From Polyangiales bacterium (GTDB lineage: Bacteria; Myxococcota_A; Polyangia; Polyangiales; Ga0077539): a DNA stretch of 64,000 bases. This document shows positions 28,988-41,217 of the stretch, piece after piece. The stretch covers positions 224,001 through 288,000 of the forward strand of contig JBGARZ010000003.1 of NCBI GenBank assembly GCA_044229975.1. Reading direction: 5' to 3'. Below the pieces are notes generated by a model, which made no database searches, was not told the origin of the DNA, and worked only from the letters and a program-made list of their open reading frames with translations. Positions within the stretch are counted from its first letter, which is position 1, and the number at the start of each line of letters is the position of its first letter. The position numbers and the translations under genes are program-made.

Positions 28988-31108
28988 TCAGGGCGCTGGG
29001 GTTCGGGGAGCGGGCGCGGGCAGCACGCGGAAGGGAGCCGCCGCGCGGGCTTCGCCGCCGTTGGCGACGCGCACGGTGAGCGGGCCGCTCGCGGCGCCGT
29101 CGGGCACCTGACACTGCACCGTGGTCGGCGTGACGGCGGCCGTCGGGCAGGTGACGGCGCCGATGGTGACGCCGACGCCAGCGAGGTCGCTGCCGAAGTT
29201 GCGGCCGCGGATGGTGATGCGCGCGCCGGGCGGTGCGGCGGGCGGTGTCACGCCCGTCACCACCGGTGGGATGGTGATGCGAAACGGATCGGTGGAGGTC
29301 ACGGACTGCCGACCGTCGGCCTCGACGAGGATGGTTCCGCCGCGGGAGTTGCGGGGGACGACGAAGGTGATCTCGGTGGTGCTGTTGGTGATGGGACGGA
29401 TGACCTGCGGCCCGAGGCGCACGGTGAGGCGCGCGCGGTCGGGCTCGAAGCCGGCGCCGCGGAGGGTGACGGTGCTGCCCACGGGGCCAGCGGGCGGGTC
29501 GACCGCGCTGAGCACCACCGGCTGCTGGACGAAGAACTCCATCGGCGCGGTTCCAGTGCCCTGGAGACGCCCGACGACCTGGAAGCGCCCGGTCTGCGCG
29601 TCGCGCGGAACGGTCACCACGATGGCGTCACGGGCGTACGACTCGATGGGGAGTTCGGCGCCGTTGAGGCGCACCGAAGCGAGAGAGCGCTCACCGGGGA
29701 AGTTGGTTCCGCGCAGGGTGACGCGGGTGCCGGGGATGCCGCGCTCGGGCTCCAGCGCCGTGATGCGCGGACGCAGCGTGACCATGAAGGGCTCGCGCGC
29801 GCGGGCTGCCCCGCTACCGGTGACGGCCACCGACCACGGGCCCGATCGGGCGCCCTCGGGCACCTCGACCACCAGCGCCGACTCCGTCGCCGAGACCACG
29901 CGCGCGGCCAGGGTACCGAGCTGCACCACGTTGTCCGCGGGCACCAGCGAGAAGCCCGTCCCCGTCAGCGTCACGCGCTCGCCGATGTCGCCTGCGCGCG
30001 GCTCGTAGCGCGCCAGGGTCACCGGTGTCGTCACGCGAAACTCCGTCGGCGACAGCACCGGCCCGACGCCGCCCGCCGTGACCGCCACACGACCACTCGG
30101 CGCGCCTTCCGGGACGGTGACCACGAGCTCGGTCGGCGCGGCGCTCACGACCGTGGCCGGGCGCTCACCGAAGACCACGGTCACCCGCGACGACTCATTG
30201 CCGAAGCGGCTGCCCCGGAGCGTGAGCCGCGTGCCGGGCGGACCCGACGTCGGCGTCATCGTCTGCACCACCGGCGCGGGCCCGACGAAGAGCCGCTGCG
30301 CCGTCTCGTAGCGACCCGCGCTCGGCACCTCGACCGCGATGGGACCCGTCGCGCCGTCGAGCGGGATCTCCACCTCAAGCTCGGTGGGCGTCGCCCGCAC
30401 CACACGCAACGGCCGACCGCCCAGGGTCACCCGGTCTTGCAGCGCCTGCGGCGAGAACCCGCTTCCTCGAAGGATCACGCGCCCACCCGGCGCGATGGCC
30501 GTCGGGACCATCTCGCGCACCGACAGCCGCGCGCTGAGCGTGAGGTCACCACCGCTACGCGCCTCGCCGCCCGCCGTGCGCACGAACACCGGCCCCGTCG
30601 TGGCGCCGTCCGGGATGATGACCCGCAGCGAGCCGGAGTCGCCCGCGCGCACCACCATCGGGAGGTTGCCCACGCGCACGCTGTTGTCCGACGGGCGCGG
30701 CGCGAAGTTCTCTCCGCGGATGGTGATCTCCATGCCGGGTGCGGCGCTCGACGGGTCGACGCTACGAACCGTCGGCGGAGGGAGCCGCTCGGTGATGCGG
30801 AAGGTCTCCGGCGACTCGGTCTCATCGGCTCCCATGGCGAGCACGAAGCGCCCGCTCTGGGCACCATCGGGTACCGTCACGGTGATGCGCTCGGGCAGCA
30901 CCTCGGTGGGCGTCACGGGCCGCTCGTTGAAGAGCACCCGCAGCCCGCGAGAGAAGCCCCGGCCCTCGATGCGAACGCGCGTTCCCGGCGGGCCCGCCGT
31001 CGGCACGATGCGCTCGATCATCGGGCGGGTCTGCGCCCACACGACGGACGACTGCGAGGCCACCATCCACACCACGACCGCCGCGCTCGCGCGCGCATTG
31101 AATCTCAT
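28988..31108 (-). CDS. Secreted protein of eight tandem IPT/TIG domains
   Basis: Signal peptide ending VWAQ; eight P.....P..G..G..VTL.G..F repeats. Confidence 0.9.
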   Translation of the reverse strand: MRFNARASAAVVVWMVASQSSVVWAQTRPMIERIVPTAGPPGTRVRIEGRGFSRGLRVLFNERPVTPTEVLPERITVTVPDGAQSGRFVLAMGADETESPETFRITERLPPPTVRSVDPSSAAPGMEITIRGENFAPRPSDNSVRVGNLPMVVRAGDSGSLRVIIPDGATTGPVFVRTAGGEARSGGDLTLSARLSVREMVPTAIAPGGRVILRGSGFSPQALQDRVTLGGRPLRVVRATPTELEVEIPLDGATGPIAVEVPSAGRYETAQRLFVGPAPVVQTMTPTSGPPGTRLTLRGSRFGNESSRVTVVFGERPATVVSAAPTELVVTVPEGAPSGRVAVTAGGVGPVLSPTEFRVTTPVTLARYEPRAGDIGERVTLTGTGFSLVPADNVVQLGTLAARVVSATESALVVEVPEGARSGPWSVAVTGSGAARAREPFMVTLRPRITALEPERGIPGTRVTLRGTNFPGERSLASVRLNGAELPIESYARDAIVVTVPRDAQTGRFQVVGRLQGTGTAPMEFFVQQPVVLSAVDPPAGPVGSTVTLRGAGFEPDRARLTVRLGPQVIRPITNSTTEITFVVPRNSRGGTILVEADGRQSVTSTDPFRITIPPVVTGVTPPAAPPGARITIRGRNFGSDLAGVGVTIGAVTCPTAAVTPTTVQCQVPDGAASGPLTVRVANGGEARAAAPFRVLPAPAPRTPAP

Positions 31109-31142
31109 CGCATCGCCTCCACTGCCGACCCGTTGTCGGGGC

Positions 31143-31838
31143 TCACCCTGCGTCCGCGACGGGCTCCTCGTCGTGGGCCCCTTCCGCGTGGTGAACGTCC
31201 GCCAGGTCATCGAAGATCTCGTCCATCGGAACGCCCGACCCGCTCAGCGTGAGCGCTGCGGCGACGAGCTGCTTGGCCGCCTCGTAGATGCGCAGCCAGT
31301 GCTGCCGCGCGGCCTCCAGGTTGGCGCCGCGGAGCTGCCGCGAGCGGATGCGCTGATCGGCCGCGAGCACCGTGTCGAGGCCGTGCCGCGCCCGGGCGAT
31401 CTCGTCGCGCCAGTGGCCCTGCTCGCGCACCGCGCCGCCCAGCTCGTCAAGTGAGCCCAGCACATGGTCGAGCGCCGCGAGCAGCCGCTGGGGGCCGCGC
31501 TGCGACAGCGTCGACGCCGGCTCCACGAAGAACGCCCCGTACGGAACGCTCCCCGGCCGGTGCGACTCCAGGTGCCGCGCGAAGCGGACGATCACCTCGC
31601 GGGCCTCGTCGAGGGGGGCCTCTCGCAGGCCCATGGCCTCGTGGAGCTCCGGGTCGGCCGAGCGCGCCTGGTGCAGCTGCTGCGCGACGACGTCGGTGGC
31701 CGACCGCAATGCCGTGACCACGAGGTGCAGGGCCGGGTCGAACTCCCGCAGCCGACCCGCGAGGTGGTGCGCGATCTGTTCGATGGCGTATTCGCCGTAG
31801 ATGCGGGTCTCGTCGTAGTCGATGTACGCGTCGGCCAT
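31143..31838 (-). CDS. Hypothetical alpha-helical protein
   Basis: Start reassigned to ATG 31838 (MADAYIDYDET); the upstream ORF extension is the antisense shadow of the ECF gene. Confidence 0.75.
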   Translation of the reverse strand: MADAYIDYDETRIYGEYAIEQIAHHLAGRLREFDPALHLVVTALRSATDVVAQQLHQARSADPELHEAMGLREAPLDEAREVIVRFARHLESHRPGSVPYGAFFVEPASTLSQRGPQRLLAALDHVLGSLDELGGAVREQGHWRDEIARARHGLDTVLAADQRIRSRQLRGANLEAARQHWLRIYEAAKQLVAAALTLSGSGVPMDEIFDDLADVHHAEGAHDEEPVADAG

Positions 31839-31916
31839 GGCGCGGAGGATTCTGCCACCGCCGCGCGCTTGTAAAGAACCCGGTGCGCGAAGGCACCGAC
31901 GCCGGTCGGAGGCCCC

Positions 31917-31945
31917 TGTAAGCGCGGACGGGTGGTGGGCGTTCA
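31917..31945 (+). promoter_or_regulatory. Possible ECF-type promoter upstream of the ECF operon
   Basis: TGTAAG-N17-CGTTCA, ~90 nt before the sigma gene. Confidence 0.3.
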
Positions 31946-32033
31946 CGGTCCGAGATGCAAGCCCAGATGACACGGCACCTCGGTGCTTCCGTCGCACCGC
32001 GAATGGTCCTATGGTCGACGCGAGCTGTTGCCC

Positions 32034-32618
32034 ATGGCCCTGACCGCGCCCGCCGCCGAGGAGAAGGCCCTCGTCGAGGCTGCCCAGGCCGGCGACGTGG
32101 AAGCGGTGCGAATGCTCGTCGACCGGGTCTCGCGACCGCTCTACGCCGCGGTGATCCTTCCTCGCATCGGCATCGCGGCCGACGCCGAGGACATCCTCCG
32201 CGAGACGCTGCTGCGGGCCATCGATCGCATCCACACGTTCCATTGGACGGGCGCGGGGTTCTTCCCGTGGGTGCGGCAGATCGCGATCCATCAGGTGATC
32301 GACCACGTGCGCCGGGTGCAGCGCCGCACCCGCCTGGAGGAGCGCTTCGAGCGACAGGCCGGCGACGTGATGCCGCTCCATCACGCCGGCGCCGAGGAGG
32401 CGCTCATCGACCAGCAGGAGCGAACCCTCTCGCTCAAGACCATGAGCGTCGCGATGGACGCGCTCAATGATCGGTACCGACAAGCCATCACGCTGCGGCT
32501 GCTGGAAGAGCGGAGCCGCGAGGACTGCGCCGCGGCGCTGGGCGTGACCCTGGGAAACTTCGACGTGATCCTGCACCGCGCGCTGGCTGCGCTAAGAAAG
32601 GCCTATGGTGTGCGATGA
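32034..32618 (+). CDS. ECF RNA polymerase sigma factor
   Basis: EKALVEAAQAGD, DAEDILRET, FFPWVRQIA; region 4 LNDRYRQAITLR...LHRA. Confidence 0.9.
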   Translation: MALTAPAAEEKALVEAAQAGDVEAVRMLVDRVSRPLYAAVILPRIGIAADAEDILRETLLRAIDRIHTFHWTGAGFFPWVRQIAIHQVIDHVRRVQRRTRLEERFERQAGDVMPLHHAGAEEALIDQQERTLSLKTMSVAMDALNDRYRQAITLRLLEERSREDCAAALGVTLGNFDVILHRALAALRKAYGVR

Positions 32619-33118
32619 GCGCTGCCGACGACTCGTGGAACCCCGATGACGGCCCGCCCCCGACGGACGAAGAGCGCGCTGAAGCCGCCCGGCTGACGGA
32701 CGCCCTCGCCCGCCCTGCGGCCCCTGATGACCCCGACCTGCGCGAGCTCGTCGCCGTCGCGCGCCGCGTCCACGCCACCGCGCACCCCGACCGCGACGAT
32801 CAGCGCGCGCGCGTCGACCGCATCGCTCGCGAGGCGCTGGCCACCGCCCGCCCGCAGACGTCACCCGTGCGTCGACTCGTGCGCCGCGCGTGGCCCTTCG
32901 CCGTCGCGGCGGCGGCCCTGATGGTGGTGGGCGTCTCGATGGGTCGACCGAGCCCGCGCGTCGGTGCGGGCGAAGGCGCGGTGAGCATCTCCCGCGACGT
33001 CGACGATGTGCTGCGCGCGCCGGTGCGATCGGGCGCAGCCTCGGCGCCCGCGACGCAGGTGTACGAAGCGCGGCTCACGGCCTGGCGCGACGCCTACCTC
33101 CGCGGGGCGTCGCGATGA
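32615..33118 (+). CDS. Putative single-TM anti-sigma factor
   Basis: ATGA overlap with the sigma gene; one TM helix (WPFAVAAAALMVVGVSM). Confidence 0.65.
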   Translation: MSAADDSWNPDDGPPPTDEERAEAARLTDALARPAAPDDPDLRELVAVARRVHATAHPDRDDQRARVDRIAREALATARPQTSPVRRLVRRAWPFAVAAAALMVVGVSMGRPSPRVGAGEGAVSISRDVDDVLRAPVRSGAASAPATQVYEARLTAWRDAYLRGASR

Positions 33119-33657
33119 TGCGTCGGTTCGCCGCCTCCGCGGCGCTCGCACTCGGCCTGTTGGGCGGGTGCGCGGCGCAGGGCACTCACCACGGCCCGCT
33201 GCCCTCCAACGAGGCCGTGATGGCCGTGCTCGGGACGGTGCGCGCGCTGCACCACGAGGCCGACGTCTTCGAAGGAGCGGGCGACTTCGAGCGCGCGACC
33301 GGCGCCGTGCGGCGCATCCTCGCCCTCGAGTTCCCGCGCAACATGGCCGAGGCCGAAGACCTCCGCGCCGACGCCTACGGGCGACTCGCCGAGCTCGCCC
33401 TCCGCCGCGCCGCCCCCGACGAGGCCCTCGCGCTCGCCGACACCGGGCTGCGCGACACCCGCCGCGAGGGCGTGCTCCGCGCTCGCCTGATGATGGTGCG
33501 CGGGCAGAGCCTCGGCGCGCTCGCCGACCGCGCCCACGCCGCGGACGACGAGCCCGGCGCGGCGCGCTACCGGACGCAGGCGCTGGAGGCGTTGGAAGGA
33601 TCCATCGCGCTCAACCAGCGACTGCTGCGCCGCCTCGCCGATGGTGGCGCACCGTGA
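33115..33657 (+). CDS. TPR-like lipoprotein
   Basis: ATGA overlap; lipobox LGGC; helical repeats. Confidence 0.75.
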   Translation: MMRRFAASAALALGLLGGCAAQGTHHGPLPSNEAVMAVLGTVRALHHEADVFEGAGDFERATGAVRRILALEFPRNMAEAEDLRADAYGRLAELALRRAAPDEALALADTGLRDTRREGVLRARLMMVRGQSLGALADRAHAADDEPGAARYRTQALEALEGSIALNQRLLRRLADGGAP

Positions 33658-34253
33658 GACGACTCAGTCTCTGCGTGCTCGCCGCGCCGCTCACGCTGCT
33701 CTCGGGGTGCGCGATGTCCTCCGCGCCGCGAGGGTCGTCGGCCGCGCCGTCGTCGTACCAGACGCGCTCTACGCCGGTGATCACGAGCACCACCACCACC
33801 CCGGTGAGCGGAGGCATCTCGCCCTTCTACCAGACGCAGCCCGCCACCCCGTCGAATCAGCGCGAGCCCACGGCCGCGCCGCCGCCTCCGCAGGCGCTGG
33901 TCGAAGACGCCCCGCCCCAGGTGCCGGCTGCCACGACGACCGTGCAGACCGTCGGTGAAGAGACGACGGTCTCGGTGCCCGACGGCGTCGGCACGGGAGA
34001 ACGGATGCGGATGCAGGAGGCTCGCATCGGCGCGCAGGTGCAGCGCATCCGCGACGAGCAGATCCGCATCGCGACCAACCCCGGCGTCTGTCGTGACGTG
34101 TGCTTCGCGGCGGGGTCGATCTGCCTCGCCGCTCAAGAGGTCTGCCACCTCGCGGGCGACGCCGACGGGCGCTGCGCCCGAGCTCGCGCGGCCTGCACCG
34201 AAGCGGGTCAACAGCGCGACGGCACCTGCCCGGTGTGTCCGCCGACGCACTGA
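33654..34253 (+). CDS. Lipoprotein with P/T/S-rich linker and C-terminal Cys-helical domain
   Basis: GTGA overlap; lipobox LSGC; CRDVC...IC...VC...RC...AC...CPVC. Confidence 0.75.
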   Translation: MRRLSLCVLAAPLTLLSGCAMSSAPRGSSAAPSSYQTRSTPVITSTTTTPVSGGISPFYQTQPATPSNQREPTAAPPPPQALVEDAPPQVPAATTTVQTVGEETTVSVPDGVGTGERMRMQEARIGAQVQRIRDEQIRIATNPGVCRDVCFAAGSICLAAQEVCHLAGDADGRCARARAACTEAGQQRDGTCPVCPPTH

Positions 34254-34308
34254 CGCGGGTGCGAGTTGGGCGGGCGACTTCCGTCCGCCTGTACTAGCGT
34301 CGTCGCCC

Positions 34309-35154
34309 ATGAGCCGCGCGTCGTCCTTCGCTTTCGCCCTCGCGGTCCCGCTCCTCTCGACCTCCCTCGCGTGGTCGCAGGTGCCCCCCGAGGAGACCCT
34401 CCCGCCACCGCCGCCGCCCGCGACGACGACCGCACCTCCCACGACGCTCGCACCTCCGGCGGCGCCCGCGGCCACCCCGCCCGCGCCATCGCTGCTCGCC
34501 CCTGGTTCCGCGTGGTCGCTCGCGGCCCCGCAGCCCCAGCGGGCCTACACGCGCGAGCGTCTGCGACTCCTCAACCAGTCGCTGCTCAACCTCCCCGAGC
34601 GCAGCCGATCGGCGCGCGTCACCGAAGGCATCATCAACCTCGCCCTCGGCGGCGGCTTCATCGCGCTCGGGTTCCTCTTCGCCAACGACGACCCCGCCGC
34701 GGACACCTCGCTGCTCAGCACGTTGATGTGGTTTCAGGGCGGGTACAGCGTGCTCAACGGGGCCGTCTCCCTCGCCTGGGTGCCCGCCCGCGAACGCCTC
34801 CCGCCCGTCTACGGCGCCATGCCCATGCGCACCGCCGCCAACCGCCGCGCGCGCCTCGAATACGGCGAGCAGGCCCTCGACGCCATGGCCCGCGACAGCC
34901 GCCTGCGCCGCACGCTCACCGGCATCGGCGGCGCCGTGCTCGGCGTCGGCACCATCGGCATCCTCTACCGCGATCAGATCTTCAACAACGAGGCGATGCC
35001 CGAGCCGGTCGAGTTCAACTACCTGATGATCGGCCTCACGCTCGTGAACGTGGCCGCCAACATCATCACGGTGTTTTCACAGACGGAGGAGGAGCGCCTC
35101 CGCGCCAACTACCAACAGGAGCTGCAGCTCCTGCGCGAGAGCGCCGGAGACTGA
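34309..35154 (+). CDS. Signal-peptide protein with Pro-rich linker and two hydrophobic hairpins
   Basis: Signal peptide ending AWSQ; four hydrophobic segments. Confidence 0.75.
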   Translation: MSRASSFAFALAVPLLSTSLAWSQVPPEETLPPPPPPATTTAPPTTLAPPAAPAATPPAPSLLAPGSAWSLAAPQPQRAYTRERLRLLNQSLLNLPERSRSARVTEGIINLALGGGFIALGFLFANDDPAADTSLLSTLMWFQGGYSVLNGAVSLAWVPARERLPPVYGAMPMRTAANRRARLEYGEQALDAMARDSRLRRTLTGIGGAVLGVGTIGILYRDQIFNNEAMPEPVEFNYLMIGLTLVNVAANIITVFSQTEEERLRANYQQELQLLRESAGD

Positions 35155-35158
35155 CGAT

Positions 35159-36469
35159 TCAGGGGGCGGGAGCGGCGGCGGGGCGGGCAGCAGCGGGGCG
35201 GGCAGCAGCGGGGCGAGCGGCAGCGGGGCGCGCCGGGGGACGAGCGCCCGGACGGCCCGGGGCAGCCTGGGTGGCGCACGCCGGAATTAGCGTGAGCGCG
35301 ATGCCCTCGTCGGTGGACATGCCCTCGCCGTCGAGCGCGGCGTAGGCGTCGATGCGGAGGCACGCGTGCGGCACGACAGCAGGCTCGTCGGAGGCCATCG
35401 CCTCGTGATGGGTGCGGGTCGCCTCGGCCGGCGCGGTGAACGGTCGCGCGGTCACGCCAGCGCAACCGACGACGGCGCTCCAGCGGGTGCCGAGCGGCTG
35501 CGAGGGCACGACACACGCGTTGGGATCGACCGCTGCGGGAGCGGCCTCTTCTTCCTCTTCGGCGCCCATGACCATGGGCTCCGGGGGCGGGCCGTAGAGC
35601 TGCGCGGGCGTCTCCTTGGCCTCCGGAAACGCGGTGACCACGATGGCGCGGAGCTGGTCCATCGTCCATCGCACGGCGGTCTCGCGGGCGGCGGCGTCGG
35701 CCGGGTCGGCGGCGGTCTGCGACTCCAGCTCCCACCACTGGGTGAGCCCGCGGTTGCGCATCACGGTGAACACCTGGTTGACCGTTCGGTCGGTGCCCAC
35801 GCGCACCATGTCGAGGCTCAGCGTCGCGCGGCGCGGCAGCGCGCTGCGGCCCGGAACCGGGATGAAGAAGTCCTGCACGAAGTCCTTGCGGCAGTGCGAC
35901 GCGCGGCACTGCGGCGGCGCGTTTTCGAAGGCGGCGCCGAACTCCGGGTTGCCCTGGACGATGGCTCCCATGCCCTGGCCCCACGCGTTGAGCCCGCCGA
36001 AGAGGCGAACCCAGCGGTTGAACGACAGGCGCCCCCACTGACGGGTGCGCGCGGCCGAAGCGCGAAGCTCCTCCTCGCGGCGAACGCGGTCGGCCTCGTC
36101 CTGCGCGCGACGCGCGGCCTCAGCCTCGGCGCGGGTGCGCTCGTACACGGCGAGGCGCTGACGGGCCTCCTCGACGTGCGTGCCCGCCGGGAAGGCGCGC
36201 AGGTACTCGTTGAGGCCATCGAGGGAGGCGCGGTGATCGGCCCAGTAGTCCTCCTCGGTGGCGTTGATGACGGCCTGCACCTCCGGGCGGAAGCGCCCGT
36301 TGGGCTGACCCGAGAGGTACTCGCTCGCGGCGGCGAGGCGGTCGGACCCCTCGGCGGCGTAGCGGAAATTGCGGTAGGCCGTGTAATCGGCGCGGGAGGC
36401 GACCACGCGGCAGCCCGCCACGGTCATCGCCACCACCGTCATCGCCCTGAACATGTCTCGCGAACGCAT
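35159..36469 (-). CDS. Hypothetical lipoprotein with C-terminal PAAAR repeats
   Basis: Start reassigned to 36469 (or 36454); lipobox VAGC; two YL...P.G.F/H...A motifs. Confidence 0.75.
   Translation of the reverse strand: MRSRDMFRAMTVVAMTVAGCRVVASRADYTAYRNFRYAAEGSDRLAAASEYLSGQPNGRFRPEVQAVINATEEDYWADHRASLDGLNEYLRAFPAGTHVEEARQRLAVYERTRAEAEAARRAQDEADRVRREEELRASAARTRQWGRLSFNRWVRLFGGLNAWGQGMGAIVQGNPEFGAAFENAPPQCRASHCRKDFVQDFFIPVPGRSALPRRATLSLDMVRVGTDRTVNQVFTVMRNRGLTQWWELESQTAADPADAAARETAVRWTMDQLRAIVVTAFPEAKETPAQLYGPPPEPMVMGAEEEEEAAPAAVDPNACVVPSQPLGTRWSAVVGCAGVTARPFTAPAEATRTHHEAMASDEPAVVPHACLRIDAYAALDGEGMSTDEGIALTLIPACATQAAPGRPGARPPARPAAARPAAARPAAARPAAAPAP
35173..35232 (-). repeat. Imperfect 15-bp coding tandem repeat (RPAAA, about 4 copies)
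   Basis: GCAGCGGGGCGGGCA-like units; boundaries approximate. Confidence 0.7.
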
Positions 36470-36489
36470 CGGTTGGACCTCAGTGGCTC

Positions 36490-37014
36490 TCAAGGCGCGC
36501 CGCAGGTGTTGGGTTCGCGGCAGAGCGCGGTGCACGACGTCGGCGGGTTGGCGATGACGTCCGGCAGGCTGTTGCACGACGTCTCGGCGATGGCGTGACC
36601 GCACGCCGTGATGTCGCCCTGAAACGCTCCGCAGAACTCCCCGGAGTAGCGCGTGCACGAGTGGGGACACGCGTTGATGCCGAAGAGGTCTTGCCGGATG
36701 GCGCCGCGCACGCACTGGATGAAGGCGTTTTCCGACTCGTTGTTGCAGTCGGCGCCCGGGTTGGAGATGGAGCGGCAGAGCACCCCGCACTCGCGCAACC
36801 GGAAGCAGAGGTGCGCGCACATGCCCTGGTCGAAGTAGTCGTACTCCGCCTCGGCCTGCGAGCCTGGGATGTCGACGTTGGCGTTGGCGCCGCCGCAGCC
36901 GCCGATGTCGCCCGGCGTCGGCGCCGCGATGAAGGCCGCCGCGATGGTCAGCACGAGCAGCGCCGTCCAGCGAGGGCGGCGAACGTTGGGGGTCTCTCGC
37001 ATCTCCGCCGTCAC
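36490..37014 (-). CDS. Secreted Cys-rich protein
   Basis: GTGA overlap with the upstream gene; hydrophobic N-terminus, APTPGDIGGCG, then many Cys. Confidence 0.75.
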   Translation of the reverse strand: MTAEMRETPNVRRPRWTALLVLTIAAAFIAAPTPGDIGGCGGANANVDIPGSQAEAEYDYFDQGMCAHLCFRLRECGVLCRSISNPGADCNNESENAFIQCVRGAIRQDLFGINACPHSCTRYSGEFCGAFQGDITACGHAIAETSCNSLPDVIANPPTSCTALCREPNTCGAP

Positions 37015-37697
37015 GGAAGCACCTCGTAATCCACCAGAATCCCAAGGCCGCCGCCGATGATCGGGTACACCGCGCCGCCGTTGCCGAAGTAGAGATCGAA
37101 GATCGCCTCGGCCGTGATCGCGAGCCCCGAACGCACGTAGAACGCCCCGCCCGCCGCGACCTCGACGCCCACCGCGAGCTCGGGGCAGAAGCCCCACCCC
37201 GGCGGATAGACGGTGTTGCGGTTGGCCGGCAGCCCGCTGCCCGACCAGTCACGCGTGCGGTCGATGGGCACCGCGAGGCCCGCGGGCCGCGAGCACGCGC
37301 CGCGCGTGATGAGCAGCGGCACGTTGACGCGGGCGTGGATGTTCCAGGCGTCGGTGAGGCGGCGGTACATCTGCACGCCGGGCTGTACCGCGAGCTGCGG
37401 GCCGTTGGCGTCGATGCCCCCCTGGAGTCCGAGCGACGGGCCGAGGAGGAATCTCCCTGCGTGGATGAACGCGTACGTCCCCTCCAACAGCACCGACGGC
37501 GGCGAGAGCCGACCGAAGGAGAACGGGTCCCTGATGCGGGCGCCGATGCCGAACTCCGCTCGCACGAGGATGTGCCGCTCGTTGGGCTGCGACGACCACC
37601 CGCCGGGCCTGGGCGACGCCTCCTCGGCGGTCTGCGCCGAGGCGGGAACAGCAGCCAGGACGAGCCCGACCGCGAAGAGGAAAGCGCGCGTTTTCAC
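37011..37697 (-). CDS. Putative outer-membrane beta-barrel protein
   Basis: Signal peptide ending ASAQ; alternating beta-strand pattern; terminal strand GLGILVDYEVLP. Confidence 0.7.
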   Translation of the reverse strand: MKTRAFLFAVGLVLAAVPASAQTAEEASPRPGGWSSQPNERHILVRAEFGIGARIRDPFSFGRLSPPSVLLEGTYAFIHAGRFLLGPSLGLQGGIDANGPQLAVQPGVQMYRRLTDAWNIHARVNVPLLITRGACSRPAGLAVPIDRTRDWSGSGLPANRNTVYPPGWGFCPELAVGVEVAAGGAFYVRSGLAITAEAIFDLYFGNGGAVYPIIGGGLGILVDYEVLP

Positions 37698-37748
37698 CGT
37701 GCGCGCATGGTAGACACGGCCCCGCGCCCATCGTCAACGGAGCAGTGC

Positions 37749-38396
37749 GTGCCCGCGAAAAGGTCTCCCTCCCACTCGTACCTGAGCGTCGTCGGCCTCG
37801 TCTGCGCGGTGATCTCCGGCTGCCCCTCGACCGCGTCGCGTGTCGTCGATGCCGCGTCCGCCGACCGACCGTCGCTCGATGCAGGCGCTCGCCCTCGCGC
37901 GCGGCGCGGTCGGCGACGACGCCCGGTCGCCCACGCGCCCGTGGCGGGTCACCCCGCGGTGGCCACCAACGACCCGGTCGAGACCATCGACGACGATGAG
38001 GGCCCCGCACCGCCGCGGCCGCGCATGACCGAGACGGGTCCCACGCTCCCCGAAGACATGGGGCCGCCGCCCTCGCAGGAGCTCGACCTCACGCAAAACG
38101 CAGGCGGTCCCATGGGGCTCGAACCCGCGCAGGTGCGACGCGCCATGGAGCCGTTGATTCCGCGGCTCACCAACTGCGCGGCGGCGACGACCGACGAGTC
38201 GGGCCGCGGCCCGCGCGGTCGGGTGGGGGTGCGCCTGCGCGTGCACGGCGACGGTCGACCCACCGCGGCACGCGTGAGCGGCGGCGGCGGGACGGGGGAG
38301 TTCGTGCTGTGTGTTCGGAGGGTGGTGGCGTCGGCGCGCTTCGACCACTTCGCGGGCCCCGACGTCTTCGTGACGTGGGGCTTCGACGTGGACTGA
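37749..38396 (+). CDS. Lipoprotein with AgmX/PglI-C (TonB C-terminal-like) domain
   Basis: Lipobox ISGC; L...QV..AM......L..C...GRV.VRLRV..DG...CV......RF; start uncertain (37707 or 37749). Confidence 0.7.
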   Translation: MPAKRSPSHSYLSVVGLVCAVISGCPSTASRVVDAASADRPSLDAGARPRARRGRRRRPVAHAPVAGHPAVATNDPVETIDDDEGPAPPRPRMTETGPTLPEDMGPPPSQELDLTQNAGGPMGLEPAQVRRAMEPLIPRLTNCAAATTDESGRGPRGRVGVRLRVHGDGRPTAARVSGGGGTGEFVLCVRRVVASARFDHFAGPDVFVTWGFDVD

Positions 38397-38403
38397 CCGA
38401 CCG

Positions 38404-41213
<2,810 letters not shown>

Positions 41214-41217
<4 letters not shown>

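Noticed and set aside
28598..31252. 884-aa plus-strand ORF (likewise 19420-21963, 47688-50009, 59443-61029)
   Set aside because: Antisense shadows of well-supported genes; no motifs
31971..31990. CGGCACCTCGGTGCT as a sigma-54 promoter
   Set aside because: GG-to-GC spacing is 9 nt, not the required 10
36470..37252. N-terminal part of the 697-aa ORF
   Set aside because: Overlaps two better same-strand genes; the real start is near 36469, before the lipobox
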